A stretch of DNA of 64,000 nt from Thermodesulfobacteriota bacterium (GTDB lineage: Bacteria; Desulfobacterota_D; UBA1144; Nemesobacterales; Mycalebacteriaceae): positions 487,423 through 551,422 of the forward strand of contig OZ245366.1 in the NCBI GenBank assembly GCA_965226585.1. The letters are read 5' to 3'. Position numbers and translations under genes: made by a program. The notes below the pieces were generated by a model, which did no database searches, had not been told where the DNA came from, and saw nothing but the letters and a program-made list of their open reading frames with translations. This document shows, in pieces, positions 35,301-44,535 of this stretch; position 1 is the stretch's first letter; every line of letters begins with the position of its first letter.

Positions 35301-35465
35301 ATGAAGGACGATAAACAAAATCCTCCAACTCCTACAGAGCCAGAGGAGCGTCCCACTCCTAAGCCTGTTGGGGACAACAGAAGGGATCAGTCTTGGGAAC
35401 CACCGCCACCACCCCCGTCGCCACCATCACCCCCGCCAAAAGAAAATCCTAATCAAGATGATTAG
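35301..35465 (+). CDS. Possible proline-rich 54-aa ORF (speculative)
   Basis: It encodes MKDDKQNPPTPTEPEERPTPKPVGDNRRDQSWEPPPPPPSPPSPPPKENPNQDD. It is below the ORF-track cutoff and sits between the membrane-protein gene and the tRNA. Confidence 0.15.
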   Translation: MKDDKQNPPTPTEPEERPTPKPVGDNRRDQSWEPPPPPPSPPSPPPKENPNQDD

Positions 35466-35520
35466 ATGGACAGTTGGTTTTTTGACAACGCTTGTTATTT
35501 CAAAGCATATACGAACTTCA

Positions 35521-35592
35521 GGCCCCGTAGCTCAGGGGGAGAGCGTTCGCCTCACACGCGAAAGGTCGTTGGTTCAATTCCAACCGGGGCCA
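35521..35592 (+). tRNA. tRNA-Val (anticodon CAC); no CCA encoded
   Basis: It folds as GGCCCCG-TA-GCTC-AGGGGGA-GAGC-G-TTCGC-CTCACAC-GCGAA-AGGTC-GTTGG-TTCAATT-CCAAC-CGGGGCC-A. It is preceded by TTGACA (35482-35487). Confidence 0.85.
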
Positions 35593-35627
35593 AGCTAGGC
35601 TAGGATAAGAAATATAGGGGATTGATT

Positions 35628-36173
35628 ATGTTTTCTATTGTTTTTGCATCAATTGCTCTCTTGATTTCTGTTTTCACCCTTTACTTACAGTTTTTTCATC
35701 ATCCGCGCAGGATCAGAGTTGTCAGCCTCGGGATACACACCCCTCACGGACAAAGGTTTGCTATATGTAATGGAGGCAAGCAAGCAGCTTATCTGGTCAG
35801 CATATCGGCAAATTATATGTTTCCGCTGAATCAAGGAACTCTTTTTTCGCCGGTTGAGAAAATACAAACGGTAAGTACCAGTTTTATCCAACCTGATGGT
35901 TTCCTCGAATTTTTCTATCAAGATACACAAGAAAATTTTCGGAAAGCTACGGACACATACTCATCTCTTGCGAGGTCGGGTAAGGTTCAAAACAAAAGAG
36001 TGAGCATCATGATTGATGTTTCCATTTCATTTTCTGATGGCGTAATATTCTATCATCAGTTTGAATCTGCTGTGGTCTCATTCAACGACCAGCATGCTCT
36101 TCAAGCAATGTCTTACAATGAGGTTGGTCTTGATTTTTTAAAGAGTGCAAAAGAAAAAGGCTTTTCTAAGTGA
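35628..36173 (+). CDS. Hypothetical protein with an N-terminal TM helix (AT-rich, island-like)
   Basis: MFSIVFASIALLISVFTLYLQFF, followed by a soluble domain with no motif. AGGGG sits 6 nt upstream of the ATG. Confidence 0.4.
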   Translation: MFSIVFASIALLISVFTLYLQFFHHPRRIRVVSLGIHTPHGQRFAICNGGKQAAYLVSISANYMFPLNQGTLFSPVEKIQTVSTSFIQPDGFLEFFYQDTQENFRKATDTYSSLARSGKVQNKRVSIMIDVSISFSDGVIFYHQFESAVVSFNDQHALQAMSYNEVGLDFLKSAKEKGFSK

Positions 36174-36247
36174 AATCCGTTGAATAGTTTGGTAAAAACG
36201 GCAAGGTATGTCTCAAGTTTCTTCTGAAAACCATCGTATCTCTCACT

Positions 36248-38179
36248 ATGTCTAGTATAACAATCACAAACAAAGACAACTCCGCCGAAATTGAATTCGG
36301 TTCAACAGTCGCGCAAGCCCTTGCCGCTCTCGGCGCGGAGAAATCCGCTATCGGGGCTACTGTCAACGGCAACCTGATGGACTTGACGCAAACCCTTGCG
36401 GAAAACTCCGCGCTTGAACCCGTTAAACAAAACTCCCCCGAAGGGCTTGCCCTTATACGCCACACCGCCGCGCACGTTATGGCGGAAGCGGTTCAAGGGC
36501 TCTTCCCGGATGTGAAAGTTACCATCGGTCCCGTTATTGATAACGGTTTCTATTACGATTTTGACGCTCCAACACCGTTCACACCGGAAGACCTGGAGAA
36601 GATTGAAGAAAAAATGACGGAAATAGTCTCGGAAAACAAACCGCTTGCGCGCAAGACCGTCTCACGCGAAGACGCGGTTAAAACCTTTTCGGATATGGGC
36701 GAAAACTATAAAGTGGAAATCATCCGCGACCTGCCCGAAGACGAAGACATCACGATTTACGAACAAGGCAAATGGTTCGACCTGTGCAGAGGGCCCCACG
36801 CGCCTTCAACCGGCGCGGTCAAAGCGTTCAAACTCACGTCCTCCGCCGGAGCTTACTGGCGCGGCGTTGAAACCAACCCCATGCTTCAGCGCATATACGG
36901 CACGGCTTTCCCCGACAGAAAAGAACTGAAAAAACACCTCGCCATGCTTGAAGAAGCAAAAAAACGCGACCATAGAAAACTGGGCAAAGAACTCGACCTT
37001 TTCAGCATCCGAGACGATGTGGGTCCGGGGCTTGTTCTCTGGCATCCGAAAGGGGCGAGAGTGCGCGGAATTATTGAAGACTACTGGAGAAAAGAGCACC
37101 GCAAGGCGGGATACGACATTCTCTACACACCGCACCTTGCGCGTCTCGACCTTTGGAAAACAAGCGGACATCTGGACTTCTACTCTGAAAGCATGTTCTC
37201 GCCGTCACAAATTGACAACGCAGACTATCAGATAAAACCGATGAACTGCCCGTTTCATATCCTTATCTACAAATCCACCGTCAGAAGCTACAGAGACCTG
37301 CCGCTTCGCTGGGCGGAAGTGGGAACGGTCTACAGATACGAACGCTCAGGCGTTCTGCACGGGCTTTTGAGAGTGAGAGGCTTTTCACAGGATGATGCCC
37401 ATATATTCTGCCGCCCCGACCAGATTGCGGATGAAGTGGGAGACGTTATAGACCTTACGCTCTCATTCCTGAAAAAGTTCGGGTTTGACGATTTTGAGAT
37501 ATTTCTCTCCACACGCCCCGACAAGTTTGTGGGAAGCGAAGAAGACTGGGAAAGATCAACCGAAGCCATCAAATCCGTGATGGAGGACAAGGGGCTGGAG
37601 TATTCCATTGACGAAAAAGGCGGCGCGTTTTACGGGCCCAAGATAGACCTCAAGATAAAGGACGTTCTCGGAAGGTCTTGGCAGTGTTCCACCGTTCAGT
37701 TAGACTTCAACCTGCCCAAGAGGTTTGACATGGCGTTTGCGGGTGAAGATAATGCGCGCCATGTTCCGATAATGATTCATCGCGCCATATTCGGTTCGTT
37801 TGAGAGATTTTTCGGGATTTTAGTTGAGCATTACGGCGGAGCGTTTCCGTTGTGGCTCAGCCCGGTTCAAGTCCGGGTTGCCACTGTCGGGGGCGAATAC
37901 GCCGGATACGCGCAATCGGTTGTGGATGCTCTCAGGGGGAAGGGAATACGGGTTGAAGAAGACTTCAGAAACGAAAAACTCGGCTACAAGGTTAGAGAGG
38001 CTCAAGTGATGAAGGTGCCGTACCTGCTCGTGATTGGAGAAAAGGAAGCCGCGAATTCAACCGTGGCGCCAAGAAAATATGGAAGTGAAAGTTTGAACCC
38101 AATGGGGATTGGCGAGTTTATAGAAGTGCTGAACACTGAAGGCGCGGAGTTTGAATCCGGCGGGGAGATGTCGCCATAA
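36248..38179 (+). CDS. thrS: Threonine--tRNA ligase
   Basis: It has a TGS/second-site N-terminus, class II motifs and a C-terminal anticodon-binding domain, at 643 aa. Confidence 0.95.
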   Translation: MSSITITNKDNSAEIEFGSTVAQALAALGAEKSAIGATVNGNLMDLTQTLAENSALEPVKQNSPEGLALIRHTAAHVMAEAVQGLFPDVKVTIGPVIDNGFYYDFDAPTPFTPEDLEKIEEKMTEIVSENKPLARKTVSREDAVKTFSDMGENYKVEIIRDLPEDEDITIYEQGKWFDLCRGPHAPSTGAVKAFKLTSSAGAYWRGVETNPMLQRIYGTAFPDRKELKKHLAMLEEAKKRDHRKLGKELDLFSIRDDVGPGLVLWHPKGARVRGIIEDYWRKEHRKAGYDILYTPHLARLDLWKTSGHLDFYSESMFSPSQIDNADYQIKPMNCPFHILIYKSTVRSYRDLPLRWAEVGTVYRYERSGVLHGLLRVRGFSQDDAHIFCRPDQIADEVGDVIDLTLSFLKKFGFDDFEIFLSTRPDKFVGSEEDWERSTEAIKSVMEDKGLEYSIDEKGGAFYGPKIDLKIKDVLGRSWQCSTVQLDFNLPKRFDMAFAGEDNARHVPIMIHRAIFGSFERFFGILVEHYGGAFPLWLSPVQVRVATVGGEYAGYAQSVVDALRGKGIRVEEDFRNEKLGYKVREAQVMKVPYLLVIGEKEAANSTVAPRKYGSESLNPMGIGEFIEVLNTEGAEFESGGEMSP

Positions 38180-38778
38180 GGGGACCCAGGAGAAAACCGG
38201 AAAGACGCCCCCCCGCCACACGGATAAACCGCAGGATAAGGGCTCCACAGGTGAGAGTGATTGACGAAGAAGGTAATCAGCTTGGGGTTATGGCAATAGA
38301 TGACGCTCTGGCAAGGGCGGAGCAGGTTGAGCTTGACCTTGTTGAGGTCGCGCCCGAATCAAGCCCTCCCGTTTGCAGGCTTGTTGACTACGGAAAATAC
38401 AAATATCTGCAGAAGAAAAACACGCGCAAGCAGAAGCCGAGCCAGGTGAAGGAAATAAACTTGAGACCGCACATAGGACAGCACGATCTGGCAGTTAAAA
38501 TGGGAAGACTGAAGAACTTTCTTCAAGACGGCTGCAAGACGAAACTGAAGGTTATGTTCAGGGGAAGAGAGTTTGCTCATCAGAACACCGGCTTTGAACT
38601 TATCTCCTCAATAGTGGCACAAGTCTCGGATTTGGGTAAAGTAGATTCTCCGGCGAAACTTGAAGGCAGAAGCATAGTGGCTGTTCTGTCTCCCGCTTCC
38701 GGCGCGGTTAAGGCGGAAGGCACAGATAAGGCGGCGGAAAAGAAACTGCCGGAAGACGGAGCGCGGGAAGCGTCATGA
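38176..38778 (+). CDS. infC: Translation initiation factor IF-3; a non-AUG start is inferred (AUA at 38176; the minimal ORF begins at GTG 38251)
   Basis: IF3 N- and C-domains are present (VRVIDEEGNQLGV...). The in-frame translation upstream of the GTG gives RINRRIRAPQ. This matches the conserved IF3 N-terminal RINxEIRA motif, so the true start lies upstream, probably ATA 38176 overlapping the thrS TAA, or ATA 38224. Confidence 0.85.
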   Translation: MRGPRRKPERRPPATRINRRIRAPQVRVIDEEGNQLGVMAIDDALARAEQVELDLVEVAPESSPPVCRLVDYGKYKYLQKKNTRKQKPSQVKEINLRPHIGQHDLAVKMGRLKNFLQDGCKTKLKVMFRGREFAHQNTGFELISSIVAQVSDLGKVDSPAKLEGRSIVAVLSPASGAVKAEGTDKAAEKKLPEDGAREAS

Positions 38779-38975
38779 AAAACAAAATCAAAACAAACAG
38801 AAGCGCGGCGAAAAGGTTTTCTTTTACCGGCGGCGGAAAAGTGAAAATGGCAAGGGGCGGCAAATCGCACCTGAACGTCAAAAAGAACTCCAAGAGGATG
38901 AGGCGGCTCGGCTCGGCTCTCTACCTTGACGGAGCCGCGGCGAAAAAAATCGCCTCGTATATTTCGGGGAAATAA
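38775..38975 (+). CDS. rpmI: 50S ribosomal protein L35
   Basis: [15 protein letters not shown]... is a classic L35. Its ATG overlaps the infC stop. Confidence 0.95.
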   Translation: MKNKIKTNRSAAKRFSFTGGGKVKMARGGKSHLNVKKNSKRMRRLGSALYLDGAAAKKIASYISGK

Positions 38976-38991
38976 CACAGGAGCAAATCAG

Positions 38992-39360
38992 ATGAGAGTA
39001 ACACCGTCAGTCGCGTCACGGAACAGGCGCAAAAAACTTCTGAAACAGGCAAGGGGCTACTGGGGACGCAGGAAAAACAACCTCAGGAAAGCCAAAGAAA
39101 CTCTTCTGCGCGCTATGGCGTATTCATACCGCGACCGCCGCAACAGAAAGAGAGAGTTCAGGGCGCTGTGGATAACGCGCATAAACGCGGCGGTTAGACC
39201 CTACGGGCTTTCATACAGCCGTTTTATGGCGGAACTCAAAAAATCAGGCGTTGAACTTGACAGGAAATCCCTTTCGGAACTCGCCATCAGAGACCCTCGC
39301 GGATTTGAGCAGATTGTCAAAAACGCGGGCGGCGATGCCTCCGCTTCCGCCGCCAACTGA
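38992..39360 (+). CDS. rplT: 50S ribosomal protein L20
   Basis: [29 protein letters not shown] is a classic L20. CAGGAG lies 9 nt upstream of the ATG at 38992. Confidence 0.95.
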   Translation: MRVTPSVASRNRRKKLLKQARGYWGRRKNNLRKAKETLLRAMAYSYRDRRNRKREFRALWITRINAAVRPYGLSYSRFMAELKKSGVELDRKSLSELAIRDPRGFEQIVKNAGGDASASAAN

Positions 39361-39372
39361 AGGCGGCATTTT

Positions 39373-40065
39373 TCATCCAACAGTTTTTGCCCCGCCCGGC
39401 GGAAGGTCTGCGCGAAGCGGGCAGTTTTCGCAATCCGGTTTTCTTTTGTGGCAGAACAGTTTTGCCGTTCTGACTATAAGCGCGTGATACTCGCCCCACA
39501 TCTCCACATCACGGGGCAGGTTTTCTTCAAACAGTTGTTGAACATCTCCGTAAGCCGCTTTTTCATCCGAAAGCCCGTGCCGCGAGGTTATCCGTTTGGT
39601 GTAGGCGTCAACAACAAAAGAGGGTTTGCCCGCCGCGTAAAGCGTTATGCTGTCCGCCGTTTCGGGGCCTATGCCTTCAAGGTTCAAAAGGGTTTCCCGC
39701 AGTTTTCCGGTTTCTTCGGCAAGAAGGGCGTCTATTTCCCCGCCGTAGTTTTGTGTTACAAAACGGGCAAAGATTTTCAGGCGTTTTGCTTTCTGATTGA
39801 AGTAGCCGCTTGGTTTTATCAACCGCGCAAGGCGGAAAAGCGGCATATCGTCAATCCCCCGGACGGTCAGTTTCGCGCTGTTTTTCAGGTTTTTTATCGC
39901 CTTCTCAACGTTTGTCCAAGCCGTGTTTTGCGTAAGGATTGCCCCCGCCACGCACTCAAACGCCGTTTCAGCGGGCCACCAGTTCTGCCCGCCGAAGTGT
40001 GAAAACATCGCGCCGTAGATTTTTTCAAGCCTTTCGCCCGTTTTGCCCACGGCGGCAATATACAC
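39373..40065 (-). CDS. HhH-GPD superfamily DNA glycosylase (endonuclease III-like)
   Basis: It has a helix-hairpin-helix plus Gly/Pro-rich loop (LLNLEGIGPETADSI) followed by the catalytic Asp. A C-terminal Cys cluster CHKRKPDCENC has only three Cys. Confidence 0.7.
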   Translation of the reverse strand: MYIAAVGKTGERLEKIYGAMFSHFGGQNWWPAETAFECVAGAILTQNTAWTNVEKAIKNLKNSAKLTVRGIDDMPLFRLARLIKPSGYFNQKAKRLKIFARFVTQNYGGEIDALLAEETGKLRETLLNLEGIGPETADSITLYAAGKPSFVVDAYTKRITSRHGLSDEKAAYGDVQQLFEENLPRDVEMWGEYHALIVRTAKLFCHKRKPDCENCPLRADLPPGGAKTVG

Positions 40066-40093
40066 GGAAAGTGCGTCTCATCCGCCGTGTTTG

Positions 40094-40121
40094 TTGACAA
40101 TTTCTCTGTGTGATGTTTAAT
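40094..40121 (+). promoter_or_regulatory. Sigma70-like promoter of the gcvTHP operon
   Basis: TTGACA (40094-40099), a 16-nt spacer and TTTAAT (40116-40121). The leader is very short, so there is no room for a glycine riboswitch. Confidence 0.4.
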
Positions 40122-40134
40122 CATAACTCTTTCG

Positions 40135-41229
40135 ATGAAGCACACCTCCCTTTACAGGAAACACATAGAAAACGGCGCGAAAATGACCGAATTTGCCGGC
40201 TGGGATATGCCGCTTTTCTATGAGGGAATCAGAGAGGAACACCGCGCCGCGCGCTCCTCCTGCGGCGTTTTTGACGCAAGCCACATGGGCGAAATCGAGA
40301 TAACCGGAACCGGCGCGCAGGAGTTGTGCCAGCGGCTTGTTACAAATGATGTTTCGCGCATAGACGGCGGGCGCGTCCAATACAACCTGCTCTGCAACGA
40401 AGAGGGCGGCATTCTGGACGACCTTATGGTCTATAAGTTTTCCGAAGAAAGATTTGTTCTTTGCGTCAACGCCTCAAACACGGAGAGAGACTTTGAGTGG
40501 ATAGCGGAACGCGCCAAAGGTTCCGGAGCCGAAGCCAGAAACATAAGCGACTCAGTTGCCCTTGTCTCCGTGCAAGGGCCTGATTCTCCCTCAGCCGCCC
40601 GCGCCGCGCTTTCAGAAACAGGAGCGGATGTTGAACTTCCCGGCAGGTTTTCATTCACACTGCTTGACGGCGGCACGGAGGCGTTCATATCGAGAACCGG
40701 CTACACGGGAGAGGACGGTTTTGAGATATTTCTTCCGCAGAAAAACGCGCCCGCGCTCTGGGACGCGCTTGTTTCATCAGGCGCTGCAGTGTGCGGGCTC
40801 GGATGCAGAGACACGCTCAGGCTTGAGATGGGGTACACTCTTTACGGAAACGAAATATCAGAGGAGATAAACCCTTTTGAGGCGAACCTCGGCGGGTATG
40901 TGAAAATGGACAAGGGCGATTTTTGCGGCAGAAGCGCGCTTGAAAAAGTTGTGAGCGAAGGGGCAAAACGCTCTCTCTGCGGCATCACAATGGCTGAACC
41001 GGGTATTCCGCGAAGTCTTTACAAGGTGTTTTGCGGCGGCGATGAGGCGGGCTTTGTTACAAGCGGAACGATGTCGCCAAGTTTGGAAAAACCGGTCGGG
41101 CTTGTGATGATAAACTCTGCTGCGGTTGAAACGGCGCGGCGCGAAGGTGTTGAGATTCAGATTAGAAAAAACCGCAAAAAAGCGGAGATTACAGACCCGC
41201 CTTTTTACGGAAAAGACGGCAAAAAATAA
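40135..41229 (+). CDS. gcvT: Glycine cleavage system aminomethyltransferase T
   Basis: MKHTSLYRKHIENGAKMTEFAGWDMPLFYEG is the GcvT N-terminal signature. Confidence 0.9.
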   Translation: MKHTSLYRKHIENGAKMTEFAGWDMPLFYEGIREEHRAARSSCGVFDASHMGEIEITGTGAQELCQRLVTNDVSRIDGGRVQYNLLCNEEGGILDDLMVYKFSEERFVLCVNASNTERDFEWIAERAKGSGAEARNISDSVALVSVQGPDSPSAARAALSETGADVELPGRFSFTLLDGGTEAFISRTGYTGEDGFEIFLPQKNAPALWDALVSSGAAVCGLGCRDTLRLEMGYTLYGNEISEEINPFEANLGGYVKMDKGDFCGRSALEKVVSEGAKRSLCGITMAEPGIPRSLYKVFCGGDEAGFVTSGTMSPSLEKPVGLVMINSAAVETARREGVEIQIRKNRKKAEITDPPFYGKDGKK

Positions 41230-41250
41230 ATTCACAGGGAGGAAACTGTT

Positions 41251-41637
41251 TTGAGCGAGCCGGAAAACTTGAAATATACACGGGAGCACGAGTGGGCGCT
41301 GCTTGATGGCGGCGTGGTAACGGTGGGCATAACGGACTATGCCCAGCAGACACTCGGCGAGATAGTTTTTGTGGAACTGCCTTCAGAGGGAGCCGCGTTC
41401 GGGCGGGGAGATGTTTTCGGGGCGGTAGAGTCCACCAAGGCGGTTTCCGACCTGTTCTGCCCGGTTTCGGGAAAGGTGGTTGAGATAAACGAGACGCTTG
41501 TTGACTCCCCCGAAACGGTCAACGGCTCGCCTTACACGGAGGGCTGGATAATAAAGGTTTCCGTTGATGACGCTTCCCCGCTTGAAGGTCTGATGGATTC
41601 AGCCGAGTATAAGAAATTTTTGGAGACCGCCGGATAA
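41251..41637 (+). CDS. gcvH: Glycine cleavage system H protein (lipoyl carrier)
   Basis: The lipoyl-lysine motif ESTKAVSDL is present. It has a TTG start with a GGGAGG RBS. Confidence 0.93.
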   Translation: MSEPENLKYTREHEWALLDGGVVTVGITDYAQQTLGEIVFVELPSEGAAFGRGDVFGAVESTKAVSDLFCPVSGKVVEINETLVDSPETVNGSPYTEGWIIKVSVDDASPLEGLMDSAEYKKFLETAG

Positions 41638-41658
41638 GGTTTTCTCCGCGGAGTTTTT

Positions 41659-44526
41659 TTGATGGACAAAGACTCTTACCCTGACGGTTTTGATTTAAGG
41701 CACATCGGCTCTCTCGGGCGCGACTGCGGGGAGATGCTGAGCGAGATCAAGGCGGATTCTCTTGAAGCCCTCATCCGCCAGTCAGTTCCCGCAGACATTC
41801 TTGACGACAGCCCCCTTTCCATTCCGCCCGCCTCTGATGAGCACGGGTTTCTCAAAGAGATGAAGGAACTGGAGTCCATGAACAGGCGGTTCAAATCGTT
41901 TATCGGGCTCGGCTACAGCGACTGCAAAACCCCCGAAATTATAAAAAGAAACGTGCTGGAAAACCCCGGCTGGTACACGCAGTACACCCCTTATCAGGCG
42001 GAAATAGCGCAAGGGCGTCTGGAAGCACTTCTCAATTTTCAGACCGTTGTGTGCGATATGACGGGTATGGAGGTTGCCAACGCCTCGCTTCTTGACGAGG
42101 CGACCGCGGCGTGTGAGGCGATGGCGATGATGCACAGAATATCCCCGTCCGGCGCGGGCAGATTTTTTGTTGACAGCGGATGCTTTCCGCAAACCATTGA
42201 AGTTTTGAAGTCGCGAACCGAGCCGCTTGGGATAGAGACCGTTGTTGACAGTTATGAAAACTTTGACTCTTCCGCCGGTTTTTTCGGCGCGCTGGTTGCT
42301 TTTCCCGACAGGCGCGGACAGGCAAACGACTACTCGGATTTTATTGAAGCCGCCCACAAAGAGGGCGTTCTGGTGGCGGTTTCGGCGGATATTCTTTCGC
42401 TCGCCGTTTTCACCCCGCCCGGAGAGATTGGGGCGGATGTGGTTGTGGGCTCAACCCAGCGGCTCGGCGTTCCGATGGGTTGCGGGGGCCCTCATGCGGC
42501 GTATCTGGCGACCAGAGAGAAGTTTCAGCGGCAGGTGCCGGGAAGGATTATAGGGGTGTCGGTTGACCGCGAGGGAAACCGCGCCTACAGGATGTCTCTT
42601 CAAACCCGCGAACAGCACATAAGACGGGAGAGGGCGACCTCTAACATCTGCACGGCGCAGTCTCTTCCGGCGATAATGGCGGCGATGTATTGCGTCTATC
42701 ACGGACCCTCAGGGCTTGAAAAAACGGCGAAAAAGATTCACTCTTCCGCCCTCGCCCTTTCCCGCGCTCTCACCGAAGCGGGATTTTCACAAACCAATTC
42801 GCGCTTTTTTGACACACTTTCGTTTGACCTCTCCGCGCTTCCCCCCGGAACGGGGGAGAACATCAGAAAAGTATCCCTTGAGCACGGGGCGAACTTTCTT
42901 CACGAAGAGGGCAGGGTGGGCGTTTCGCTTGACGAAACAACCGGAACCGCGGAATTGAACCTCATAGCGCGGATATTTTCCTCCGCCGCAGGCAAAGACG
43001 CCCCGGCGGTTGAGGATTTGGAAAACGGCGACAGCCTCCGGGGGCTTGAGAGAAAGACCGCGTTTTTATCTCATCCGGTTTTCAACACGCACAATTCGGA
43101 AACGGAGATGGTCAGATACATAAAACAACTTGAGAACAAAGACCTTTCGCTTACGCACTCCATGATACCTCTGGGTTCATGCACAATGAAACTGAACTCC
43201 GCTTCGGAACTTGCTCCGGTCAGCTGGGACGGTTTTTCAAACATCCACCCGTTTGCCCCGCGCGAGCAGATTGCGGGATATGAAAAAATCATCAGCGAGC
43301 TGGGCGGCTTCCTTTGCGAGATAACGGGTTTTTCTTCCGCGTCATTACAACCGAACTCCGGGGCTCAGGGCGAGTTCGCGGGGCTGATGGTTATAAGGGC
43401 GTATCACAGAAACAGGGGAGACGAGGGCAGAAATGTGGCTCTTGTTCCGTCTTCCGCTCACGGAACAAATCCGGCGTCTGCGGCGGCGGCGGGGATGAAG
43501 GTTGTTACGGTTGCCTGCACGGGTGACGGCTCCATAGACACGGACGACCTTGAGAAAAAATGCGCTGAAAACGCAGAAACTCTTTCAGCGATAATGATCA
43601 CCTATCCGTCCACTCACGGCGTTTTTGAGAAAGACATCAAAAAAGTGTGCGCGACCGTTCACGCCCACGGCGGGCAGGTCTACATGGATGGCGCGAACCT
43701 GAACGCGCAGGTTGGAATCACAAAACCCGCGCTCATAGGCGCGGACTTGTGCCACGTGAATCTTCACAAAACTTTCAGCATACCGCACGGCGGCGGAGGT
43801 CCCGGAATGGGCCCCATCTGCGCCGCCGCGCACCTTGCCCCGTTTCTGCCCGGACATCCGTTTTCTCCGGAAGGCGGGAGCCCCTCCGCTTCCGCTCCCG
43901 TCGCCTCCGCCCCGTGGGGAAGCGCGAGTATAACGGTGGTTTCCTACGCCTATATCAGACTGCTTGGCGCGGACGGAGTTAAGAGCGCGACCATGCACGC
44001 GATACTGAACGCCAACTATATGAAGCAGCGTCTTGGGCGCACTTACAAGGTTCTCTATGAGGGAGACGGCGGCCGTGTGGCGCACGAGTTTATTCTGGAT
44101 TTGAGAGAGTTTAAAAAGAGCGCGGATATAGACGTTGAGGACTTTGCCAAACGGCTGATGGATTACGGCTTTCACGCCCCGACCGTCTCATGGCCCGTTG
44201 CCGGAACCATAATGATAGAGCCGACCGAGAGCGAATCAAAAGCCGAGATTGACCGTTTTTGCGAAGCTCTTGAAAGCATCCGCGCTGAGATAGCGGACAT
44301 AGAGGCGGGAAAGGCGGACAAGGCGGACAATGTTTTGAAAAACAGCCCGCACACCGCGAAAACCGCAACGGCGGACATCTGGGAACATTCCTACTCGCGC
44401 CGGGAAGCCTGCTTTCCCGCAGGTTTTGTGGAGGCGAACAAGTTCTGGCCCCCCGTATCGCGCATAGACAGCGCTTACGGAGACAGAAATCTTTTCTGCA
44501 CCTGCCCTCCGCCGGAAGACGATTAG
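41659..44526 (+). CDS. gcvP: Glycine dehydrogenase (decarboxylating), single-chain P protein
   Basis: It is 955 aa and shows the tandem PLP-dependent GDC-P domains. Confidence 0.9.
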   Translation: MMDKDSYPDGFDLRHIGSLGRDCGEMLSEIKADSLEALIRQSVPADILDDSPLSIPPASDEHGFLKEMKELESMNRRFKSFIGLGYSDCKTPEIIKRNVLENPGWYTQYTPYQAEIAQGRLEALLNFQTVVCDMTGMEVANASLLDEATAACEAMAMMHRISPSGAGRFFVDSGCFPQTIEVLKSRTEPLGIETVVDSYENFDSSAGFFGALVAFPDRRGQANDYSDFIEAAHKEGVLVAVSADILSLAVFTPPGEIGADVVVGSTQRLGVPMGCGGPHAAYLATREKFQRQVPGRIIGVSVDREGNRAYRMSLQTREQHIRRERATSNICTAQSLPAIMAAMYCVYHGPSGLEKTAKKIHSSALALSRALTEAGFSQTNSRFFDTLSFDLSALPPGTGENIRKVSLEHGANFLHEEGRVGVSLDETTGTAELNLIARIFSSAAGKDAPAVEDLENGDSLRGLERKTAFLSHPVFNTHNSETEMVRYIKQLENKDLSLTHSMIPLGSCTMKLNSASELAPVSWDGFSNIHPFAPREQIAGYEKIISELGGFLCEITGFSSASLQPNSGAQGEFAGLMVIRAYHRNRGDEGRNVALVPSSAHGTNPASAAAAGMKVVTVACTGDGSIDTDDLEKKCAENAETLSAIMITYPSTHGVFEKDIKKVCATVHAHGGQVYMDGANLNAQVGITKPALIGADLCHVNLHKTFSIPHGGGGPGMGPICAAAHLAPFLPGHPFSPEGGSPSASAPVASAPWGSASITVVSYAYIRLLGADGVKSATMHAILNANYMKQRLGRTYKVLYEGDGGRVAHEFILDLREFKKSADIDVEDFAKRLMDYGFHAPTVSWPVAGTIMIEPTESESKAEIDRFCEALESIRAEIADIEAGKADKADNVLKNSPHTAKTATADIWEHSYSRREACFPAGFVEANKFWPPVSRIDSAYGDRNLFCTCPPPEDD

Positions 44527-44535
44527 GCGGCGCGT

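Noticed and set aside
35368-35598. A 76-aa ORF (His/Arg-rich) in the track
   Set aside because: It overlaps tRNA-Val(CAC) on the same strand. The tRNA call is far stronger.
36174-36247. T-box leaders upstream of thrS (also leuS and tyrS)
   Set aside because: The leaders are under 100 nt, and tyrS has a 2-nt leader after gltD. No specifier/T-box motif was seen. This is consistent with a Gram-negative-type organism.
40066-40134. Glycine riboswitch upstream of gcvT
   Set aside because: The intergenic region is about 70 nt and is mostly a promoter. It is far too short for tandem glycine aptamers.
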